Shown piece after piece: positions 48,711 to 58,078 of a stretch of DNA of 64,000 nucleotides (positions are counted from its first letter, which is position 1; each line of letters starts with the position of its first letter). The translations under genes and the position numbers were made by a program. This DNA comes from a virus, in the IMG/VR virus record IMGVR_UViG_3300017987_000071, positions 1 through 64,000 of that record. One strand, 5' to 3'. The notes under the pieces are model-generated. The model was not told the DNA's origin, did not search any database, and worked only from the letters and a program-made list of their open reading frames with translations.

Positions 48711-49526
48711 TTAGTGCCCAAAAGCACCCATACGCTTAACACCAGTAAACTCAAGTTGAGGGTCTTGAGCATACCCATTGTACTTCACAGAATCCCTTAC
48801 TCGCTTGAACAAAGTAGCACGCTCAACGTTTGGCGCTTTACGAATATGCTTACACATATAGTGGGTTAGCACCCCTTGGTACTTACCACCAATGAAAGCG
48901 TCATATGATACTTGCTTATCCCTACATCCCGCCCATAATATATGAGATTCCGACGTTCTAAACGCATGGCGAACAGTCTTTAGTTCTACATTCTCCCCCT
49001 CCCAACGGCAAGCAATATCCAGAGGTGGAGGAGCAAACTTTGCAATGGAAGCCTCTGGGTCCTTGAATAATGAAAAACTACGGATGCCGGTACCCGAATG
49101 GCAACAGTCTAACACGACTTCAAGCAATGCGCTTTCTGGAACGCGACTAAAGATATCCCGTAAAACATCATCTGTAATCATATGATGTTCCCAATCAACA
49201 TCATACGGGCACAGTATCTCATCCAGCGAATCAGTGAGTTCATCTCCATCGCGATCCCGTACCTGTGACCCATGCCCTGAAAAATGGAACAGTATATAAT
49301 CGCCGGACTTAGCACCGGACACCAACCAATGTAAGCGTTCAAGAATCCCCACGCCAGTTGCCCTAGAATCTGCTAAAACCCTAACATTCTTGTTATCAAA
49401 CCCACCAACATGTGCTTGTAGCACTTGACGCATATTTGCTACATCATTCAAGCATCCACGTAAATCTGGCACATAAGAATGCTTATAGTTATTTATACCA
49501 ACCAGCAACGCTTTGTTCATCACCAC
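48711..49526 (-). CDS. Metacaspase (peptidase C14)
   Basis: KALLVGIN.Y, L.GC.ND, HFSGHGSQ, DE...P.D, DCCHSG, GC.D.Q.S.D, Q.PQL. Confidence 0.95.
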   Translation of the reverse strand: MVMNKALLVGINNYKHSYVPDLRGCLNDVANMRQVLQAHVGGFDNKNVRVLADSRATGVGILERLHWLVSGAKSGDYILFHFSGHGSQVRDRDGDELTDSLDEILCPYDVDWEHHMITDDVLRDIFSRVPESALLEVVLDCCHSGTGIRSFSLFKDPEASIAKFAPPPLDIACRWEGENVELKTVRHAFRTSESHILWAGCRDKQVSYDAFIGGKYQGVLTHYMCKHIRKAPNVERATLFKRVRDSVKYNGYAQDPQLEFTGVKRMGAFGH

Positions 49527-49950
49527 TCCTTATTCTACGCATACCTTTAACAAAGGGTAGCAAATCCAAAAAATATAAACCTAACTCACCAACAGCGTTA
49601 CAACGGTACACAACCGCTATAACGACATCCCTATCTTCCTCAAATGCTTGTTTGCTTAGCACTCTGCCTAAATCGGATAATCTCACTGACAACCCACACT
49701 CATATGCAAACCCGCCCTCTACAACAGACCACAAAGCCACAAACGGAGTTCTACCCCGTAGAGACTTAATCGAAACATTGCCGCCAATAACTCTAAACGA
49801 TTTGTATGTTGGCAATACAAAAGGCAACACAACAAAATATCTACTGTCCTCAAACAAGAAACCAAATGTATAACCCACTCCTCGCATTGCCCGCTTTCGA
49901 TAATCACTATGGGGGGTAAAATAATCGGTAGACAGCAGCCATTTACCCAC
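49489..49950 (-). CDS. Hypothetical protein
   Basis: Packed ORF. Confidence 0.4.
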   Translation of the reverse strand: MGKWLLSTDYFTPHSDYRKRAMRGVGYTFGFLFEDSRYFVVLPFVLPTYKSFRVIGGNVSIKSLRGRTPFVALWSVVEGGFAYECGLSVRLSDLGRVLSKQAFEEDRDVVIAVVYRCNAVGELGLYFLDLLPFVKGMRRIRSGDEQSVAGWYK

Positions 49951-50119
49951 TTGTCACCCTCAGTTCACACTGATGTGCTGTGCAAGAAACCTGGCAAGCA
50001 TTAGTGCAACCATCACTAATAAGGGCCCAGTGTTCTTCGATACTCACCTTACCCATCTTACCAGTTTGCTCCAACTTACGCACAGCATCACGCAACTTCC
50101 TTTGTTCTTCCTTGCTCAC
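49943..50119 (-). CDS. 58-aa peptide with SCIFF-like Cys motif (not in the ORF track)
   Basis: Read by hand: MSKEEQRKLRDAVRKLEQTGKMGKVSIEEHWALISDGCTNACQVSCTAHQCELRVTSG; GGAG SD and GTGA overlap with the sulfotransferase stop. Confidence 0.65.
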   Translation of the reverse strand: MSKEEQRKLRDAVRKLEQTGKMGKVSIEEHWALISDGCTNACQVSCTAHQCELRVTSG

Positions 50120-50652
50120 GTTTTAATCTCCCTTGGGTCAATACACGGAAAGGGTTCATCAAGCAAATGCTTAACATCCTTACCTAAGAATAAACCAAGA
50201 GCGGACCACAAACTTGCATCCGCCCCCTCACAAATATTAAGTATAAGGACATCCTGTCCCCTACCAGCAAAATGCTGAATGATATCTCGTTCCAAAACCC
50301 GCCGTACTTTAGCAAATACAGCAGGATTATAATCTGGTGGGGTACCATAAACCGCACAGCAGTACTCATAAGACCGACGGCCGAAAACTGGTGGTGCTAC
50401 TTCCCATTGCTTCCTGCAACTCGCCATCCAAGTTACTTCATCCCTTACTGTATAAATGAATTTCGACCCAGGATACTTAGCATCTAGCATCTTATAGTTT
50501 GCCACTACAGACAAATCCGCCCCAGCATCCATATCACCATCGAAAACCCGTAAGTCTTTTGGGAAGTGGATAGCCTTGTACCCCAAACGACGCAAGGCAG
50601 CAACCAGCGAATGGGTTCCTGTGCGAGATAAACCAATACCGAATATCTTCAT
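50116..50652 (-). CDS. Sulfotransferase-family protein
   Basis: KIFGIGLSRTGT.SL..AL..LGY...H, YPGSKFI.TVRD...W..S. Confidence 0.85.
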   Translation of the reverse strand: MKIFGIGLSRTGTHSLVAALRRLGYKAIHFPKDLRVFDGDMDAGADLSVVANYKMLDAKYPGSKFIYTVRDEVTWMASCRKQWEVAPPVFGRRSYEYCCAVYGTPPDYNPAVFAKVRRVLERDIIQHFAGRGQDVLILNICEGADASLWSALGLFLGKDVKHLLDEPFPCIDPREIKT

Positions 50653-50655
50653 CCC

Positions 50656-51240
50656 TTAACCCCAGTGAACCAGATAATCTTCCACCTGGCGACAAATACT
50701 ATGTAGTACAAGCAGAGTTGCCTCCTGTATACGAGGAGTTTCTGTGCTTGGAATCACTATTGAATGATCAATAAAGAATGTATCACCTAGCACCTTAGAC
50801 TGCCCCACAATAATGCCTGTAGCAATATCGTTTCTATGTGCCCAAGCCAACGCAGAAGTAACATTAAGCGACTCACCTGAAGTCGTCAAACCCACAACTA
50901 AATCACCTTCACTTGCCTGCGCCTGCAACTGCCGGTCAAACAACTCATCCCAGTCAAAGTCATTGCCCAACGCTGTAAGCAGCCCCGTATTGCTATTCAA
51001 GCAAATCACAGGATAACCCTTTCGATACCGCATAAACTTGCCCACAAGTTCAGTTTGAAAGTGCTCTGCTTGGGATGCTGAACCACCATTCCCAAAAATG
51101 TAAACCTTCCCCTTACGCTGAAAGGTTTTGCAAACAGCCATCGCCAAACTCTTAACAGAGGCAAGGAAACAACCACTGCCCATCTTTGCCAGCAGATCGC
51201 CAAAAGCAGTAAAGTCTGCGAAGATGCTAGTTTTCTTCAT
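50656..51240 (-). CDS. gmhA: Phosphoheptose (sedoheptulose-7-P) isomerase
   Basis: GNGGSA..A.H...EL, TA.GND, F.RQ, TSG.S.NV, RIQE. Confidence 0.92.
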   Translation of the reverse strand: MKKTSIFADFTAFGDLLAKMGSGCFLASVKSLAMAVCKTFQRKGKVYIFGNGGSASQAEHFQTELVGKFMRYRKGYPVICLNSNTGLLTALGNDFDWDELFDRQLQAQASEGDLVVGLTTSGESLNVTSALAWAHRNDIATGIIVGQSKVLGDTFFIDHSIVIPSTETPRIQEATLLVLHSICRQVEDYLVHWG

Positions 51241-51523
51241 TAGCATTCTCCTTATCCCAAGCATTAAATGCCTTCTCGAATTCGCTTATGCCTTGCTCGT
51301 TGTTTAACCAAACATCAAACTCTCTATCGTGATAGGTTTTTTGTGACTCCACTCCAACATCCACATCAATGAATAGCGGGGAAACATCATCTAACGTGTA
51401 CGTAAATCCCGCCAACTTTCGTCTTCGCTTCCTCCACCACCTAGCAACAGCATTCACAAACAGCACAACCAAATAAGCAGCAATGCCACCCAGCACAAAA
51501 CAAATAAACACCAAGTCCCACAT
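51227..51523 (-). CDS. Small membrane protein
   Basis: N-terminal TM followed by a basic stretch. Confidence 0.5.
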   Translation of the reverse strand: MWDLVFICFVLGGIAAYLVVLFVNAVARWWRKRRRKLAGFTYTLDDVSPLFIDVDVGVESQKTYHDREFDVWLNNEQGISEFEKAFNAWDKENANEEN

Positions 51524-51828
51524 TACGAATTCTCCTTAAACCACCGTGCCACACGCTTCTCAGCACACTGACCAGCATCAGCATGTTCAGCAACAACTAC
51601 TCGCCCATCGCTTAAAATAGACCAATACACATCACTCTTACGAAGCACACAACGAAATTGCGACACAATGTCAACAATCTCTGGTCGACTCAACCTCTTC
51701 GTATCCAAGGACACACGACGCAAACATGACTTCCGCCAAGCATAAATAGCATCCTGTGCATCTAAGTACCGCACCCCAAGACCGCAGGATATAGCACCCA
51801 CGTTAAAATCAAAAGCAGATAATTTCAT
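51523..51828 (-). CDS. Hypothetical protein
   Basis: Packed ORF. Confidence 0.45.
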   Translation of the reverse strand: MKLSAFDFNVGAISCGLGVRYLDAQDAIYAWRKSCLRRVSLDTKRLSRPEIVDIVSQFRCVLRKSDVYWSILSDGRVVVAEHADAGQCAEKRVARWFKENS

Positions 51829-52025
51829 AACGAGGACTCCTTCGTCTGTATAGGATCAGGTAGAAACAACGGCACGTAAACACTCTTCATGTTCCTAAAT
51901 GCTTCAAGAGCGTTATGAACCTTAAACACATAACATGTAGTACAAAACGTTATACCAGGCGAAGACTTACTATCCCACTCTGGATGTGTACAGGTCTTCT
52001 GGCGCTCCATAAACTCATCCGTCAT
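51825..52025 (-). CDS. Hypothetical protein
   Basis: CTH...C..C. Confidence 0.45.
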   Translation of the reverse strand: MTDEFMERQKTCTHPEWDSKSSPGITFCTTCYVFKVHNALEAFRNMKSVYVPLFLPDPIQTKESSL

Positions 52026-52483
52026 AACCCCTTTATCCTTTCTATAAGTGCCGTAGTTGAATAACCCTCCTGCCTCTTATAAAGCAACACACGTCCGCCA
52101 CACTTCTCAACAAGCGCAGCGCCTACCACTGAACCATCCCACTCTGATCCCTTAATAAGCACATCAGGGCGAATCGCTTGAATCAACACCAGTGGAGTAT
52201 CGTCTCTAAAAATGGTAACATAATCAACCATCGACAATGCATCCAGCACTACCGCACGATCCCTGGCAGACACAATAGGGCGCTTAGGTCCCTTCACTTC
52301 ACTTACAGAAGCATCAGAATTGAGACCCACAACCAATATATCCGCCTGAGTCTTACAATAAGTTAAGAAGCGAACATGCCCAGGATGCAAAAGATCAAAG
52401 CATCCATTAGTAAAACAAACAGTTTTCTTCAAACAACGTGCAGCACTAAGATCATCTAACAAATCAGGCAACGACTTTATCAC
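52022..52483 (-). CDS. Heptose-1-phosphate adenylyltransferase (HldC/RfaE domain II)
   Basis: FTNGCFDLLHPGH, VGLNSD.SV...KG..RP, PDVL.KG, GYSTT. Confidence 0.92.
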   Translation of the reverse strand: MIKSLPDLLDDLSAARCLKKTVCFTNGCFDLLHPGHVRFLTYCKTQADILVVGLNSDASVSEVKGPKRPIVSARDRAVVLDALSMVDYVTIFRDDTPLVLIQAIRPDVLIKGSEWDGSVVGAALVEKCGGRVLLYKRQEGYSTTALIERIKGL

Positions 52484-53037
52484 TTAGGGATTTCCTTTCC
52501 TGCCCGCCCCAGCGTTGTCTTTACACCCTTAACAGTATCCCGCACAAACTCCATCTTTGCCCCCATGCGAGCATCATGAGGCAAATACTTCTTAAGACGC
52601 TTTACCCGCGTCTCAACCTCCTTATAAAGATACTTTGCTGTATTCTTCAACGTATCCAACCTTGTCCGTACTCTAGCAATCTCTTGGTCATCATGAGGAT
52701 CAAACCCACCCTCAACCGATGCGGTATACAGTACCTCCGCATCCCTATAAATCTTCTTCACTTGTCCCCAGAACTTATCAGCAACCTTCTCATATTCTGG
52801 ATTGCCTTCCACACCACTAACTGCCCGTGTGAAATCATCTGCTTTATCTTTCAAATAGTGGTAGGTCTTATAAAGCGTTGTTGCCAACTTCCGATGAATA
52901 GTACGTGGGATGTCTGCTATCTTGCGATATGCCTTAACAGGCAAATCAAGAATGCCCTCATCCACCACAATGCTCTCTGCCAATTCCGATGGCAAAACGC
53001 CCTCAAGTATCAAATCTACTGCCTTAGACGTGTCCAT
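52480..53037 (-). CDS. Basic helical protein with N-terminal tag
   Basis: MDTSKAVDLILEGVLPSELAESIVVDE; GGAGG SD. Confidence 0.65.
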   Translation of the reverse strand: MDTSKAVDLILEGVLPSELAESIVVDEGILDLPVKAYRKIADIPRTIHRKLATTLYKTYHYLKDKADDFTRAVSGVEGNPEYEKVADKFWGQVKKIYRDAEVLYTASVEGGFDPHDDQEIARVRTRLDTLKNTAKYLYKEVETRVKRLKKYLPHDARMGAKMEFVRDTVKGVKTTLGRAGKEIPK

Positions 53038-53045
53038 AAAGCCTC

Positions 53046-53750
53046 CTATAAGGAATGTACTTTCGTTTTTGCACCCCACTCAGGCGCGCAGCGAATCAAC
53101 GGAGACTGCAACTTACCTGGCAGTGCATACCCTATCGCTGGCACCCTATGAGATAATGCCACATAAAACAATAACCCTTCTGGGCCAACAAAAGTGTCCG
53201 CTTCAGCAACAACCTTCATTGCTTCCAAAAGAGAGGTGCGTCCCACCAAATTTATCGTATTGCTAAAAACCCATGATCTGTAGCTCTCATCAGTCCCAAC
53301 CAACACAGGAACAATCTTATAACCCACACGCAAGGATTCCTGTATAATCACCGTACACTGATGCAACACTCGTTGCTTCCCCAAAGCCTTAGCATTGCTG
53401 CCTCTAGTTCCACTGTTAACCTGCACCACACTGTAATGATCAGGAAAACCAAACTTAACTACATTAACTTTGCTAAAATCAACTTGAGGATAGGGTTCAA
53501 GGGGCCACGCCTCGCTATGGTCCTTATAGGTTACATTGATTTCCTTCAACGGAAAGCGCTCAAACACTTCCCTTGTTACAAATTCCACCTTAGATACCTT
53601 GGGGTTTAACCCATAGATATCCTGTATAGCACAGCGATCATGAAATTTCGCATAGTGCATAATACGCAAGGGAGAGTTTGCGTGATACAACTTGCACAGA
53701 GCAACCAAGTATGTATCTCCAAACCCCCCCTTAACTTTAAACTCCATCAT
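53046..53750 (-). CDS. GT9-like glycosyltransferase
   Basis: GGFGD, VLVG, INLVGRTSL.E...V...A..FVG.E. Confidence 0.7.
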   Translation of the reverse strand: MMEFKVKGGFGDTYLVALCKLYHANSPLRIMHYAKFHDRCAIQDIYGLNPKVSKVEFVTREVFERFPLKEINVTYKDHSEAWPLEPYPQVDFSKVNVVKFGFPDHYSVVQVNSGTRGSNAKALGKQRVLHQCTVIIQESLRVGYKIVPVLVGTDESYRSWVFSNTINLVGRTSLLEAMKVVAEADTFVGPEGLLFYVALSHRVPAIGYALPGKLQSPLIRCAPEWGAKTKVHSL

Positions 53751-54873
53751 CCGTCTTTATCGGCAATACGATATAACGAAAATCGCTGCCGATCTCCATT
53801 AAACTTGGACCATTAGCATCAGTGGTCCAACGCCAAACGAATTTATCTTCAGCAAATGCCAACGCTGGTAGTAGCAAATCAGGATCAAATTTAACAGGCA
53901 AGGGAACCATATCCCCCATTGCTGCCTGCATCTCATACTCCGCTTTTCCCCTAGAATTGGTACTGCTAAGTTGCAACTTTCCTGCTGGCGGGCTACTGAA
54001 TGTAAACTCAGCAAATCTATCCATCGCTTTCCCCGACAATGCAGCAATCTGCTTCAGGGGAGATATAAGATCATTAGCATCAATCCTTGCTTCTGGCCCC
54101 CAAACCGAATTCAAAAGCTTCTCGTATGGAGGAAATTGAGAAGTCACTGTCCCAACCGCCAACGTAATATGCTCAGTGTTAAAAACAAAATGGTTGCCTA
54201 CTACAGCAACCTCAACCGCTTCATCCTCCTCGATGTTAGCAATCTTCACCAACTTTGCTACCTGCCTCAAACCTGACCGAGGAACGACCGCTTCCTGTTT
54301 CTTCTTTGGGGTTGGTGTTTGTTTGGTACAAATCGCCAAGCGCTTACCGTCAGTAGCAATAAACGAAACAGAATTACTGCGTGCTTTGACATACACATTG
54401 TCTAAATCGTACTTACTTTCATCTGAAGTACCAGCAAAAATGCTCTTTTCAATAAGCTCCGACAGGTCCTCCCGCGAGATGCTAAAGCAACCCTTGGGTT
54501 GAAACTCTGGCAAATCAGGAAATACATCAGGACTCTGGCCATAAACGACCACTCGCCCCCGTTTCCCAAAGCGAAATTGAGCATTTGTCTCTTGGGAAGT
54601 TATCTCAATCTCCTGGCCCTTCCTCGCATTAACCACCAAATCATAAGTCAACGCTACAGGAAGCACAAGACTCCCACCACTTACTACATCCACGCCACTG
54701 CTCGGCGCGGTATACATAACAGACGTTTCCAGATCACACGCCTGCACATAAAACGAATCCATATCAGCGGACAAATTGACTATATCCGCTGATATACCTT
54801 CTTTCTTAGGGGCAACCGCCCTAGCAAGGGTCAACCCTGCTAAAAGCGATTCCCGACTAATCGTAACTTTCAA
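53737..54873 (-). CDS. dnaN: DNA polymerase III beta sliding clamp
   Basis: 378 aa; DLE, FP.LP, ATDGKRLA, FPPYE, Y.VLPI. Confidence 0.92.
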   Translation of the reverse strand: MKVTISRESLLAGLTLARAVAPKKEGISADIVNLSADMDSFYVQACDLETSVMYTAPSSGVDVVSGGSLVLPVALTYDLVVNARKGQEIEITSQETNAQFRFGKRGRVVVYGQSPDVFPDLPEFQPKGCFSISREDLSELIEKSIFAGTSDESKYDLDNVYVKARSNSVSFIATDGKRLAICTKQTPTPKKKQEAVVPRSGLRQVAKLVKIANIEEDEAVEVAVVGNHFVFNTEHITLAVGTVTSQFPPYEKLLNSVWGPEARIDANDLISPLKQIAALSGKAMDRFAEFTFSSPPAGKLQLSSTNSRGKAEYEMQAAMGDMVPLPVKFDPDLLLPALAFAEDKFVWRWTTDANGPSLMEIGSDFRYIVLPIKTDDGV

Positions 54874-55400
54874 GTCTGCTCCCCCTGTTTCTCAACCTGC
54901 GGTTGGCTTATCCAGATGTTACCACAAGCAATACAGTATTTTGGTTCTGGCAAACCAGGCATACCAACAGAAAGAAACATTGATCCTGGTGTCTTGCATT
55001 CTGCACAAAAAGGCCCATTAGCAACCTTCGCTTCAAAAGGTTCTGATTTAAGTCCAAAGACTACGAATTTCTTACAAGACCTACAAGCATAAACAGACAA
55101 CAAAGTATCTGAACCACCACTATGCTGTTTTGAAATAAGCAGTGTCATATCATGATCCCAACAAAATGGACAATCGGGATCAACCGTCTTGCTTTTATCT
55201 CTCTGATAAAAACGCAAGGCCTCCGATTCGAGAATCGACAACCCATGCTCATTCACCCAAACAGCACGAAGCACATGTCCATCCACGCTAGGGCATTTAA
55301 CAACATTGCGGACATACCCAAACCTAATAGCGAGTTGTTCTCGCTGTTGCTCCTCGTTTTTCTTGTCAACGAGTTCCACGATCATACCTCCTTTGATCAT
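54870..55400 (-). CDS. Zn-ribbon hypothetical protein
   Basis: Four CxxC. Confidence 0.5.
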   Translation of the reverse strand: MIKGGMIVELVDKKNEEQQREQLAIRFGYVRNVVKCPSVDGHVLRAVWVNEHGLSILESEALRFYQRDKSKTVDPDCPFCWDHDMTLLISKQHSGGSDTLLSVYACRSCKKFVVFGLKSEPFEAKVANGPFCAECKTPGSMFLSVGMPGLPEPKYCIACGNIWISQPQVEKQGEQT

Positions 55401-55588
55401 CTTGCTCTACGATCCGTTAACCATAGATGACAAGCAAAAAGCACAAGTGCCGCACCAAAATAACCCAAAATAAGTTCAGCTCGTCGAGGGTTAGTGGTTT
55501 CCTCCAAAGCAGCAAACACACCAACAAGTGCTGCCACCAAACAAAAAAACCCAATTCGATGAGACAACAATCTCTCGTCATCAACCAT
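55397..55588 (-). CDS. Small two-TM membrane protein
   Basis: Start at MVDDE; two hydrophobic helices. Confidence 0.45.
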   Translation of the reverse strand: MVDDERLLSHRIGFFCLVAALVGVFAALEETTNPRRAELILGYFGAALVLFACHLWLTDRRAR

Positions 55589-55590
55589 AT

Positions 55591-56544
55591 CTATCCTACC
55601 AATAACACTACGGTACGAGATAAACTCATACCTTCCAACAAACAATTCACAGCATCCCACACCGAGATGCTTTCCAGATATCGTCTAGCGATCTCCTCTG
55701 CTGTATCTTTAACAGCAAGCAACCGCTTTAAGTATCCAGGTGTAATACCCGACAACGCTACACCACGATACCCAACCCCCATAATAGTCTCTAAAGCACC
55801 CTTTATTGCATAGAAACGATCATAAGGAGGTTTATTATATTCTTTATTCAAATCGTCCACCTTCGCAGCGAGAAGCGCATTCACGATGGTCAATTTACTC
55901 TTAGTGGACGCCAACGGATGATGGTACTTAATATCGTCAACCATCCTACTGGACCCACCATACGGGAACTCAAGTCTGCTACGAGCAAAAGCAAACTGCT
56001 CCTGAGTTAACTTCCATAAATACGGATAGAACTTGCTACGAGCATACTTGGGGTTAAGCTTCCAACGCCCATCATCCTTAACAAACTCTAAAGCCTCAAC
56101 GACCTTCCAAATGTCCAAGCGAGTAGACAACACAGTACGAGTCTGAGGTAGATTTGCTTTAAGAATCGCACGCACATCATCAGCATCTCTAGCATCCTTG
56201 CTATCCAACGCTGACGCAAAACCTACATAAGCAGAAGCATCCGCATTGCGCACCCCTTTAGGAGCACGTAAACCAAAATATGGCAGCAAGAAAGTAATAT
56301 GCTGCCACGGCTTCCACTGTGACGTAGCACTATCCCATATAAGCTTCAGCATACCACGCCCCAAGATATCAGATACTCTCTTAGTCACTTTGTCAAATGA
56401 TGTTTCAACACGCCTTAAAAACGACGCATCCCAAACCCAACCGCCACGCTCTTCGGAAGACTTTTGCTTCATGTACCAAGGATACAAGGCAAACAGAGCC
56501 TCTATATCCTTCCGAGGTAATACAATACGAGATTCTAATAGCAT
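55591..56544 (-). CDS. Divergent DIEAIYVLEPW paralog with C-terminal tag
   Basis: KDIEALFALYPWY.K....GWV.D..F; FPY.GS; ARRYLES + AVNCLLEGMSL. Confidence 0.7.
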   Translation of the reverse strand: MLLESRIVLPRKDIEALFALYPWYMKQKSSEERGGWVWDASFLRRVETSFDKVTKRVSDILGRGMLKLIWDSATSQWKPWQHITFLLPYFGLRAPKGVRNADASAYVGFASALDSKDARDADDVRAILKANLPQTRTVLSTRLDIWKVVEALEFVKDDGRWKLNPKYARSKFYPYLWKLTQEQFAFARSRLEFPYGGSSRMVDDIKYHHPLASTKSKLTIVNALLAAKVDDLNKEYNKPPYDRFYAIKGALETIMGVGYRGVALSGITPGYLKRLLAVKDTAEEIARRYLESISVWDAVNCLLEGMSLSRTVVLLVG

Positions 56545-56555
56545 ACCCTATCCTC

Positions 56556-57215
56556 CTATAGCATATCTTGAATATGCTTCATTAACCACATCCAGAGTTT
56601 GCGGATAACCAACCACAATAGAATTACCGCTGTGTAACTAGCAAGCCACAAAGCCCCCATATGTGCTGTGACCAATATCCCCAAGATACCTAAAAGAGCA
56701 GGGACCGCCGTAGAAGAATCACCAAACATCAACAATATCTTATTGATGATGCGTCGAGCTAAACCCTCACTGGATTTAGCCAATCCCATCTCCTGGTCCT
56801 CTATGTTCTGAAGGTAACCATCCACATCCTCGACCTTCTTTTCGACTTCCTTCTGCACATGCTTGGGCGATTTCCTAAAAATACCTGTAACAGCATCCCA
56901 AATGCTACCTAGCATCCCGCGCTTCTTTACCTTCTCTGCTGTCCGCAAGATCGTTCTCTCCACTGCACGCTCAGCGGATGGCAACTCCTTACGAATTTTC
57001 TCTGGTTCAAGTTTGCTAGGGTCAAACTCTATCCGAGTTCCCCGCAAGGTAAACTCACACAATGTTCCCTTTTCCAAACGCTCAATCGCCTGATCGACTA
57101 AACGATTAAAGCACCGCTCAAGCAAACGATCAAACGCAAAAGGATCAACTACTGCTTCAGCAACAGCATTAGGATTAACGCCTATGCTAACCGCAATCTC
57201 GTATATGTTATTCAT
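56556..57215 (-). CDS. Tag-bearing protein with C-terminal TM hairpin
   Basis: AVSIGVNPNAVAEAVV; GMLGSIWDAV; two TM segments. Confidence 0.6.
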   Translation of the reverse strand: MNNIYEIAVSIGVNPNAVAEAVVDPFAFDRLLERCFNRLVDQAIERLEKGTLCEFTLRGTRIEFDPSKLEPEKIRKELPSAERAVERTILRTAEKVKKRGMLGSIWDAVTGIFRKSPKHVQKEVEKKVEDVDGYLQNIEDQEMGLAKSSEGLARRIINKILLMFGDSSTAVPALLGILGILVTAHMGALWLASYTAVILLWLVIRKLWMWLMKHIQDML

Positions 57216-57241
57216 ACTTCTTACTCCACGTACATCGAATA

Positions 57242-58078
57242 CTATCTTACCACGTATGCACAACGCTGTCCAGTAAAAAATCTAGGAAACCTAGAAATAA
57301 TTTTATCCGTCCCAACCTCTCGCCGAACTGCTATATGCTCACCCCCTAATTGCCCACGATATTCCTGCTTAAGCTTCCTTATTATATCCTTATGCGCTTG
57401 GGTTTGCTCCTTGCGATGCTTCCCTGTAATCTGACTTCGATGGCGTCTATACCAATAAAGCACATAATCTACGAAAGCCGTTTGGCACTTCGTAGTCGCC
57501 ATCACCACAGCTAACTGCAAATCTACTGCGTATGGTATACTCACATCTAATCCTGGGCTATCCAAATACTGATCACGGCGAAGCGCCCGTTGATGCTGTC
57601 CGCCCCACCACCTTGTAGTTGTAAACGCTTCAAGGAGAGACATATTCTGAGGGGTGCTTTTCGCCCACCCCTGCATAGTATGTCGCTCACCAAAAGTGCT
57701 ACCATAAACGAACTTCGACCACAGAAAACCAAGTTTCCGTTTACGATACATATGATAGCAAATTATTTCCAACGCATAGGGGTATGAGAAATCGTCAGCG
57801 TCCACCACTGTCACTATTGGTGCTTGAGCAGCAAGGATACCCTGATGAGTCGCAGCAGCACACCCTCTATGCTCACCCTGAAGTATCCTTATACGATCAC
57901 CATGCTCTACAACATCACACACCTCAGCAACCATACGCACTGAAGCATCTGTAGACCCATCGTCCACCACTATCAACTCCCAATCAGCAAACGACTGGTT
58001 AATTATAGAATACACAGCAGTTTGTATATACCGTTCAGCGTTATATACAGGCATCACTACAGAAATAGCAGGCATCAT
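57242..58078 (-). CDS. Glycosyltransferase family 2
   Basis: ISVVMPVYNAE.YI, ELIVVDDGSTD, DADD, YRRH. Confidence 0.93.
   Translation of the reverse strand: MMPAISVVMPVYNAERYIQTAVYSIINQSFADWELIVVDDGSTDASVRMVAEVCDVVEHGDRIRILQGEHRGCAAATHQGILAAQAPIVTVVDADDFSYPYALEIICYHMYRKRKLGFLWSKFVYGSTFGERHTMQGWAKSTPQNMSLLEAFTTTRWWGGQHQRALRRDQYLDSPGLDVSIPYAVDLQLAVVMATTKCQTAFVDYVLYWYRRHRSQITGKHRKEQTQAHKDIIRKLKQEYRGQLGGEHIAVRREVGTDKIISRFPRFFTGQRCAYVVR

Noticed and set aside
49488-49497. T4 late promoter TATAAATA on the minus strand
   Set aside because: It lies inside the metacaspase coding sequence and was not seen upstream of the structural genes.
30854-56544. Diversity-generating retroelement behind the variable paralogs
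   Set aside because: No reverse transcriptase and no template/variable repeat pair with adenine-specific mismatches; divergence is general.
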